Assembly: GCA_039683575.1 (NCBI GenBank)
Contig: JBDKRC010000213.1
Span: 1 to 10,134, forward strand
Direction: 5' to 3'
From: Armatimonadia bacterium
GTDB taxonomy: Bacteria > Armatimonadota > Zipacnadia > Zipacnadales > UBA11051
Length of the DNA: 10,134 nt
Shown here: in pieces, positions 1 to 5,994 of the stretch
Layout: the number at the start of each line of letters is the position of its first letter
Numbering within the stretch: the stretch's first letter is position 1
The notes under the pieces: model-generated
What the model was told of the DNA's origin: nothing
The model's database searches: none
The model's input: only the letters and a program-made list of their open reading frames with translations
Program-made: the position numbers and the translations under genes

Positions 1-1020
1 GATCGGGTGCGGGTGGAATTGACTTCCGACCGCTCAGGCGTGCTGCGGCTGTGCATCGCCTCGCAGCGTTCGGGAGTGGGAGGGACGTTCCGGGTCAGTG
101 TGCAGCCGAAGGCCATGGCTGACGCAGGTATACCCACTTCGCCGGTCACGCCGGCGGAGCCGGATGTGACGCCGGCCGATTTGCGCGTGCCCGCCCCGCC
201 TCGGTTCCAGGGAGCCAAGCTGCTGAACGCGCGGAGCCCCGGCCTCAGCGTCCCAACCCCTCAGCCGCTGCCTGCAACGGTACAGGACCCAGGGGTGTTG
301 AGCAGGACGCTTCACCAGATGAACTACCTCTCTGTCGAGGCTGGCGGGTGGTCGGAAATAGACGAGCGGAACTGGCTATACCCCAAGCCGGGCGATGTGA
401 CCCACAGCTCCCCCCGCTTCTTCTTTGCGGACCCGGATAACCAGTTCTCGGATGCTGATACGGCGAAGAACTACACCATCCCCCTGCAGTGGCAGGGCAA
501 CGTGTTCACCTGCAAGCACCGCAGGGACCTCGACGCGCATGGCAGCTTCGAGATGCTCGATGTCGCCGGTACCGTCAGCCCCGATGGCAGCCGCGTGGAA
601 TGGGTGACGATCCGGGAGTATGTGCAGGAGGCTTACTGGGACGAGAAGGACAAGGAGGCGCTGCTGCGCCATCGCCTGTATCGCAGCATTTCACTGGTGG
701 ACCTGCCCCTGCGCAACCCGTTCTACAATCCTGATACCGGTTCGGGGCCCAGTCACGTCACAATGCAGAACCTGCTGAAAGCGCGGCCGCTGGACCTCAC
801 GCTGAGAAACGGCTTGCACTACGGGTTCAACAATAGTCCTGAAGCGGGCCAACATGTGCTGGACCTGGGTTATCTGGAACAGGACCCAGCAGTCCGCGGG
901 GCACAGTGCATTGACGCCGACAAGATACACAGCGTCGCTTACCGCTCGACGAACTGGGCCTATCCGGACGGCCGCTCGACTGCCAAGCTGAGCTTTGAGC
1001 GGCGCAGTAACGCGCGGTAG
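1..1020 (+). CDS. Hypothetical protein, 5'-truncated: beta-strand-rich domain end, Pro-rich linker, unknown C-terminal domain
   Basis: The frame is open from base 1 (gat cgg gtg...) to TAG at 1018-1020, so the true start probably lies upstream of the window. Pro-rich linkers PTSPVTPAEPDVTP and PTPQPLPATVQDP. No family recognised. Confidence 0.7.
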   Translation, partial: DRVRVELTSDRSGVLRLCIASQRSGVGGTFRVSVQPKAMADAGIPTSPVTPAEPDVTPADLRVPAPPRFQGAKLLNARSPGLSVPTPQPLPATVQDPGVLSRTLHQMNYLSVEAGGWSEIDERNWLYPKPGDVTHSSPRFFFADPDNQFSDADTAKNYTIPLQWQGNVFTCKHRRDLDAHGSFEMLDVAGTVSPDGSRVEWVTIREYVQEAYWDEKDKEALLRHRLYRSISLVDLPLRNPFYNPDTGSGPSHVTMQNLLKARPLDLTLRNGLHYGFNNSPEAGQHVLDLGYLEQDPAVRGAQCIDADKIHSVAYRSTNWAYPDGRSTAKLSFERRSNAR

Positions 1021-1087
1021 CTAAGTAACCATCGCCGCACCACGGTAGAGAATCGCCGACACCAGGCCCGGTGTCTCTTGCCGTCGG

Positions 1088-2017
1088 TTAGTGTACCGTC
1101 GCCTGCAGCACCAGTATGCGGTCGCGGCCATCTTGGCGAGGCTGCCCGCACAGCGCCTGCCAACCGCACAGCAGGATTTGCTCGCTATTGCCCATCCTCA
1201 AGCCAGGGAACTCCAAGATCATGGCCATATCATCAGGTTGGCTCTGGCGCTTCGGGGGCGTAACCATGTCCGTCAGTGGCTTTCCGGCATTCGTCCACGT
1301 TGTCTGCAGCGACAAACTCAGAGTGATGGTTGCATCGGGGTTGATTACAGGCACGATTACAAAGCGGCTCCCGACATCTGTGTAGGTGAATTCTGGAAAT
1401 TCGCTCGGCTTTGGGGCCTCGCCGTTCTCTTTCATCGCGAAGTCCAGTTGAACTGCCTGCCCGCTTTGGGCGGCGACGTGGGGTTCATTCAGGACCGTCG
1501 CACGGCCAGCCGAGAGCAGCGCGTTCAGTTGGGGATTGAATCTTCCGCGCAGAATGGCGATGTTGCCGGGCAAGCGGTATCCGTCCCACGCGACAGCATC
1601 GTCCGCAGTCAGAAGATCAATGATCTTCAGGCCGATATCAACTCTCGGTGTCGTGTCACCGGGGGAAAACGCCCACGCACCGTTGTCTTGCCGCAGGGCC
1701 AGATTATGGCTTCGGGCGATTGTGGCTAGCATCTGATCTACCCGCAGGTCTTTCCAGTTCCAATCCATCACCCGCTTGCCCTCGACTTCCGCGCCAAACA
1801 CGACCTTGCTGTTGGTTGCCTTTGCCACGGCGCGCAGGAAGTCGGCGAGAGGCACGTTGTGGGCCTGAACGTTGAAGGTGCCTGCCCGCGCGCCCGCCGT
1901 AATGGACGGGGGAACCTGACGTTCGGGCTGAGCCCAGACCGCGACGCTCAGGCGCAAGATGCAAAAGCTGGCGAAAGCGACGCCGGATACGAACCTGCGG
2001 CCGAGAAGCGAAGGCAT
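1088..2017 (-). CDS. Compact secretin-like (GspD/PilQ-type) protein: signal peptide, STN/N0-like domain, reduced secretin domain
   Basis: Likely start ATG 2017 (MPSLLGRRFVSGVAFASFCILRLSVAVWA|Q, signal-peptide-like); the ORF track extends to 2074. STN-like segment FNVQAHNVPLADFLRAVAKATN...DQMLATIARSHNL. Secretin-domain motifs RVDIGLKIIDL, LNALLSAGRATVLNEPHVAAQSGQAVQL, FTYTDVGSRFVIVPVINPDATITLSL and EQILLCG. Confidence 0.7.
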   Translation of the reverse strand: MPSLLGRRFVSGVAFASFCILRLSVAVWAQPERQVPPSITAGARAGTFNVQAHNVPLADFLRAVAKATNSKVVFGAEVEGKRVMDWNWKDLRVDQMLATIARSHNLALRQDNGAWAFSPGDTTPRVDIGLKIIDLLTADDAVAWDGYRLPGNIAILRGRFNPQLNALLSAGRATVLNEPHVAAQSGQAVQLDFAMKENGEAPKPSEFPEFTYTDVGSRFVIVPVINPDATITLSLSLQTTWTNAGKPLTDMVTPPKRQSQPDDMAMILEFPGLRMGNSEQILLCGWQALCGQPRQDGRDRILVLQATVH

Positions 2018-2051
2018 GTGAAGACCATCCCGTTGTTGTTGTAGGCTCCCG

Positions 2052-2060
2052 ACTATAACA
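2052..2060 (-). promoter_or_regulatory. Possible extended -10 promoter (TGnTATAGT) for the secretin-like gene
   Basis: The minus strand reads TGTTATAGT about 35 nt upstream of ATG 2017, in an AT-richer patch. No good -35 hexamer. Confidence 0.3.
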
Positions 2061-2093
2061 ATGATCCACAACATCAGTTCCGCGGCGGTCAGG

Positions 2094-2972
2094 CTACACT
2101 TTCGGTACCCGCCAGTTCGCGTGCCATTGCGACTGCTCCGGCACGGGTGACTGGCTTTCGGCCAAATCCTGCATTGATTTGAAGTCCTTCACCAGCGGCT
2201 GCACGTCCTCTTCCCAGATCCGCTCGATGTCCCCGTAGCTTAGCACCTTGCGCTCGGGCTGCAGGCGGTCGTATTCGGCCAGTCGCTCCAGCGCGCGGCG
2301 GCCCATGCGGTCGCCGATCTCCTGGATGATCTCCTGCCCGCGCCGCAAGCTGGCCTGCGCTGCGTCCGCGCCCATGGCGAAGTGCGGCCCCGGCACGTCC
2401 GGAGCCGGGATGCGGGAGAGATCAGTGCAGTCCTCGTGAGCGGCCCACAGCATCGCCGTTTCCACTGCGCCGCCATGCCCGGCGCTGCCAGCCCAGAGGT
2501 CGTTGTACTCGCCGTCGAGCAGGAACTCGAGCCGCGCCGCGAAGTGTGGCTGCAGGACTTCCTGCAGGGTCTTTACATCGTGGGCATGGGGGCCGGAGTG
2601 GCCGCTGAAGACGACTACCACCTTCGCGCCCCAGGCATCGGCGGCGCGGACGTGGTAGCAGATGTTCTTCATGAACATCCACGGCGGCAGGGCGGTCAGC
2701 CAGGGCTTGCGCTGGCCGATGACCGCCTCGCCCCAGGCGGCATAGATGCCGAGTTCGTGTACGTTCCAGAAGAACGGCGGGGCGACGATGCCGCCGTGAA
2801 GCTCGGCGGCCCGCCGTGTGAAGGCGTGGGCGCGCAGGCCATCGCAGCCGAGGGCGTTCTGCGGCCCGTGGGGCTCGCAGAGGCCATACGGCAGGTAGAT
2901 GACCGGGCAGGCCTCGAAGGCAGCTTCGAGTTCGTCCACAAACATTCGCTCCCAACGCACTTCATGTCTCAT
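2094..2972 (-). CDS. Creatininase / creatinine amidohydrolase family metallo-amidohydrolase
   Basis: Motifs LPYGLCEPHGPQNALGCD (E-x-H...D metal ligands), SGHSG and GHGGAVETA. Start ATG 2972 (MRHEVRWERM) is preceded by GGGAG. Confidence 0.88.
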   Translation of the reverse strand: MRHEVRWERMFVDELEAAFEACPVIYLPYGLCEPHGPQNALGCDGLRAHAFTRRAAELHGGIVAPPFFWNVHELGIYAAWGEAVIGQRKPWLTALPPWMFMKNICYHVRAADAWGAKVVVVFSGHSGPHAHDVKTLQEVLQPHFAARLEFLLDGEYNDLWAGSAGHGGAVETAMLWAAHEDCTDLSRIPAPDVPGPHFAMGADAAQASLRRGQEIIQEIGDRMGRRALERLAEYDRLQPERKVLSYGDIERIWEEDVQPLVKDFKSMQDLAESQSPVPEQSQWHANWRVPKV

Positions 2973-3049
2973 ATTGAGTCTCCCATTCAGTATGTGCCGG
3001 GGCTGGATGATCGCAGACGGCGCGATCATTCAGTCCCTCCTGCAAGATC

Positions 3050-3073
3050 GGGCGGACCACGGTCCGCCCCTAC
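3050..3073 (-). repeat. GTAG-tagged REP-like palindrome overlapping the mnmA stop codon
   Basis: The minus strand reads GTAG-GGGCGGACC-GT-GGTCCGCCC, a perfect 9-bp inverted repeat directly after a GTAG tetramer. The TAG of that tetramer is the mnmA stop. Confidence 0.65.
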
Positions 3074-4170
3074 CGGATTGTTCCGCCTGCTACTACGTGA
3101 CCATCGTGTACATCGTATAGCGCCACCGTCTGGCCGGGGGCGGCGATGCCTGGCTCGTCGAGTTCCAGCTCCAGGGCCCGCTCCTCGGGGTTGTGCCAGA
3201 CTATGCTGCATGGTATTGGCTTCTGACGGTAGCGCAACATGGCCGCGAGGCTATAGTCGCCAGGGCACTCAGGCCACTCTCCGGCCGCGAGGTCGCACCA
3301 GTTGAGATCCTCGACCTGCACCATGTCGCGGCGCACCTGCTCCTCGGTGCCCACGACGAGGGCGTTATCACCGATTCGCTTCGCAATCACGTACAGCCGC
3401 TCCCCGACGCTGATTCCGAGGTTCTTGCGCTGCCCGACGGTGTAGTGATGCAGGCCGGCGTGTACTCCGAGGATGTGCCCCTCGGTGTCCATGATTGGCC
3501 CCGGCGCGCTGGGGATATCCCGCCCGGCCAGAAACTCCTGGTAGGTCCCCTCCGGCACAAAACAGATGTCCTGGCTTTCGGGGGTTTCGGCAGTCGGCAG
3601 GCCCGCCTCGCGCGCCAGCTCCCGGACCTGAGGCTTGAGGTACTCGCCCACGGGAAACAGCACATATGGCATTGTGGACTGGTTCAGGTGGGCCAGCGCG
3701 TAGGACTGGTCCTTATCTGGGTCCTTTGCAGGTAGCAGTCGGCAGCCCCCGTCCCGGCGCTCAATTCGCGCATGGTGGCCGGTGGCGACGAAGTCGGCCC
3801 CAATTGCTCGGGCTTTGCGCAGGAAGGCCTCGAACTTGATGTGGCGGTTGCACAGCACGCAGGGGTTGGGGGTGCGCCCGGCGGCGTACTCGCACACGAA
3901 GCGGTCGATGACGGCCTCGGCGAACTCGCTGACCATCGACATGACGTAGTGGGTGATGCCAAGCTTGTTGCAGACCGCTCGCGCCCGCTCGATGCTCTCG
4001 AGGGAGCAACAGGCCCGGTCGGCGTCCTGGCCTATGTCCTCGTTCTCAAACAGCTTGAAGGTGACCCCGACGACCTCGTAGCCGTGGCGCTGCAGCAGGA
4101 GGGCTGCCACTGAGCTGTCCACTCCCCCGCTCATTGCTACGAATACTTTCCCTTTGCCCATGTCAGGCAC
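3070..4170 (-). CDS. mnmA: tRNA-specific 2-thiouridylase MnmA
   Basis: PP-loop VAMSGGVDSS, plus GRTPNPCVLCN, ATGHHARI, KDQSY, ESQDICF, YTVGQRK and APGQ motifs. Start GTG 4170 is 8 nt after GGAGG (4183-4179); ATG 4161 is an alternative. Confidence 0.97.
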   Translation of the reverse strand: MPDMGKGKVFVAMSGGVDSSVAALLLQRHGYEVVGVTFKLFENEDIGQDADRACCSLESIERARAVCNKLGITHYVMSMVSEFAEAVIDRFVCEYAAGRTPNPCVLCNRHIKFEAFLRKARAIGADFVATGHHARIERRDGGCRLLPAKDPDKDQSYALAHLNQSTMPYVLFPVGEYLKPQVRELAREAGLPTAETPESQDICFVPEGTYQEFLAGRDIPSAPGPIMDTEGHILGVHAGLHHYTVGQRKNLGISVGERLYVIAKRIGDNALVVGTEEQVRRDMVQVEDLNWCDLAAGEWPECPGDYSLAAMLRYRQKPIPCSIVWHNPEERALELELDEPGIAAPGQTVALYDVHDGHVVAGGTIR

Positions 4171-4267
4171 CACGGCGGCCTCCGGTTTCATTCACTGGGG
4201 CTCGATTTCGCGCCGAGGCGCCGGATTCCCTGCATGATGGCGAATCGACGACGCGTGTTGCTGAGCA

Positions 4268-4495
4268 TTGTCCCGCCCGGCTGGAAGCCGGGCTCTAACA
4301 GCGCAATCTCGCGTGGCGACCGTAGCGGTCGCAAGGATGCCGCTCGTACGACCCAGGGACGGCTGGGTGTCGTTCAGCCTGCTCGGGGGTGGCAACCAGC
4401 CCCTCTCTCCGGGGGGCTATACCGTCACCATCACGGTTGGGGACAAGATTCTCGGCCGCAAGAGTTTCACAATCCGCGGCGGTGCCGTGGGTTAG
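4268..4495 (+). pseudogene. Small ORF or decayed gene remnant ending in a beta-sandwich-like C-terminus
   Basis: The C-terminal part GWVSFSL...PLSPGGYTVTITVGDKILGRKSFTI looks like the end of an Ig-like domain and stops just before a bidirectional terminator. There is no clear start or RBS, and an in-frame TGA sits at 4262. Confidence 0.35.
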
Positions 4496-4511
4496 CGGCG
4501 ATAGCCCTTCA

Positions 4512-4554
4512 CAAAGGCAAAAGCCCCGCCAACAGGCGGGGCTTTTGTTCTTTG
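4512..4554. terminator. Bidirectional Rho-independent terminator
   Basis: CAAAAGCCCCGCC (4518-4530), loop AACA, GGCGGGGCTTTTG (4535-4547): a perfect 13-bp stem with an A-tract on the left and a T-tract on the right, between convergent ORFs. Confidence 0.9.
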
Positions 4555-4564
4555 GTCATACCCA

Positions 4565-4753
4565 CTAATGGCAGGCCATCGCGCCTGACTTCACCATTGG
4601 GCGGATGTCCTCTGCCTTCAGGTCTTTGCCATGCGCTCGCCGCGCATGGTCCTGCACCGTGTTGATCACTTCGTCCTCATTGCTGTCGCATACGTGGAAG
4701 TCACAGGACAGACCTGCGTCCTTGCACGATACGCTGTACATATCCTTGCCCAT
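4565..4753 (-). CDS. DUF1059-like small predicted metal-binding protein
   Basis: 62 aa with the pattern C-x-D-x-G-x2-C-D-F...EDEV...H-A-x3-H-G. Strong RBS AGGAGG 6 nt before the ATG, and the gene is followed by the terminator. Confidence 0.88.
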   Translation of the reverse strand: MGKDMYSVSCKDAGLSCDFHVCDSNEDEVINTVQDHARRAHGKDLKAEDIRPMVKSGAMACH

Positions 4754-4902
4754 CGGCTACCTCCTCATACCCTCCCTCTGTCCTGCGACGGCCCTGATTG
4801 GCGAATGTTCAGGTGCTGCCGCTTGTACGGCTATGGCGAGACAGCATTGGCGCTGCTGCCTGTGGTCAGGCGAATCGTGTAGTGATCTCCGTTCCTCCCT
4901 GA

Positions 4903-4931
4903 TTGGCGTCTGCTCCTGTGCCTGCTATGGT
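4903..4931 (+). promoter_or_regulatory. Putative sigma70 promoter for the membrane-protein pair
   Basis: TTGGCG (4903-4908), 17-nt spacer, TATGGT (4926-4931) with an extended TG at 4923-4924. It lies just upstream of RBS AGGAGG (4942-4947) and ATG 4954. Confidence 0.45.
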
Positions 4932-4953
4932 TACCATGGGCAGGAGGATAGCG

Positions 4954-5430
4954 ATGATCGTCCCGGACCTTATTGGCGCGCTGGCTGTAACCATCATGTA
5001 CACAGTCCTGCTGATTCCGGTACTAGGGCCGGGGCGCACGGGTTGGCCGCAGTTTCTACTCTATTGCCTGCTGCTCTTCCTGATCGTCTGGGCGGGTGCT
5101 GCGTGGTTCCGGCCGCTTGGCCCCACCATTGCCGGCGTGCCCTGGCTGGTGATGCTGGGCCTGGGCGGGATCTTCGCGCTCTATCTGGCGGCGCTGGTGG
5201 ACCTGCCGGTGCGGGGCCCGAGGAGAGTAACCTCGCACCTGACACACCCGCCGACACACCACCACGAGACTGTCCATGACCTGCCTGCATCGCTGACCGG
5301 GCTGCGGGCGGACTCACCGGAAGACACCGTCGCGAATACAGCTCTGATAACCCTTGGCCTACTCGCGTTTATCCTCATCGCGCTGCTGCTGGCTGTGATT
5401 CTCGGCAACTACGCGCTGGTTGGGAGATGA
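4954..5430 (+). CDS. Hypothetical 4-TM membrane protein (paralog 1)
   Basis: ATG 4954 follows AGGAGG. Three hydrophobic helices, a polar His/Pro-rich loop, then a C-terminal helix; motif WP...LLFLIVWAGAAWFRPLGP. Confidence 0.85.
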   Translation: MIVPDLIGALAVTIMYTVLLIPVLGPGRTGWPQFLLYCLLLFLIVWAGAAWFRPLGPTIAGVPWLVMLGLGGIFALYLAALVDLPVRGPRRVTSHLTHPPTHHHETVHDLPASLTGLRADSPEDTVANTALITLGLLAFILIALLLAVILGNYALVGR

Positions 5431-5437
5431 TAGTTAC

Positions 5438-5890
5438 ATGGTCTGGCTTGATGTTGTCGCCTCGCTGATTCTCGCCGGTGTGTTCACAGCGGTGATCATC
5501 TCGGTCTCCGGTCGCCGCCGCGACGATGCCTGGCCCGGAGGACCCTTCTACTTCACGATTCTCTTCCTGGGCATCTGGGCGGTCCGAGTCTGGCTAAATC
5601 CGGTGGTCTGGACGACCTGGGGGTGGCACCTGCTCATGCTGGCTGTCATCGGCCTGATTCTAACCCTGGCGCTGCTGGCCACGACGGCGCCCGGTCGTGC
5701 GGGCCACGGCGGATCTCACCCCAGCCCTGACCCCGACGCGTCAACGTCGCGCGAAGACCTGGTGATGGGTGCCGAGGCCGCCCGCGTGAATGTGGAAGTG
5801 GCCCAGTACTCGTATGGCCTGATGTTCTGGCTACTGGTCATCGCTCTGGTGGGGGCGATCATCGCCGGGATGATCACGCCAGTGCGTTGA
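5438..5890 (+). CDS. Hypothetical 4-TM membrane protein (paralog 2)
   Basis: ATG 5438 follows GGGAGA, 7 nt after the paralog 1 stop. Same layout, with motif WP...ILFLGIWAVRVWLNP and C-terminal GLMFWLLVIALVGAIIAG. Confidence 0.85.
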   Translation: MVWLDVVASLILAGVFTAVIISVSGRRRDDAWPGGPFYFTILFLGIWAVRVWLNPVVWTTWGWHLLMLAVIGLILTLALLATTAPGRAGHGGSHPSPDPDASTSREDLVMGAEAARVNVEVAQYSYGLMFWLLVIALVGAIIAGMITPVR

Positions 5891-5954
5891 GGGTCGTGAG
5901 CTTGGAGACCATTTGACAAACGGCTACCACGCGCCAATCGCGCGGCGACCGCTG

Positions 5955-5977
5955 GGTCGCATGGAGACCGCTCCTAC
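5955..5977 (-). repeat. Degenerate GTAG-type REP remnant downstream of the CrtO-like gene
   Basis: The minus strand reads GTAGGAGCGGTCTCCATGCGACC, 17 nt after the stop codon. It overlaps the hairpin GCGACC-GCTG-GGTCGC (5945-5960). Confidence 0.35.
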
Positions 5978-5994
5978 CGGCTTTAGGGCGGCGG

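Noticed and set aside
1058-1075. GACACC-N6-GGTGTC hairpin between convergent genes as a terminator
   Set aside because: Only a 6-bp stem with no real U-tract; could arise by chance.
2382-3305. 307-aa plus-strand ORF
   Set aside because: Antisense shadow of the creatininase-family gene and mnmA in GC-rich DNA; no recognisable motifs.
4797-4925. Sigma54 promoters at the TTGGCG copies
   Set aside because: None has the GC dinucleotide 10 nt after the GG required for a -24/-12 element.
4605-5279. 224-aa Cys-rich plus-strand ORF
   Set aside because: It overlaps two better-supported genes with strong RBSs and their promoter region, and its composition is not protein-like.
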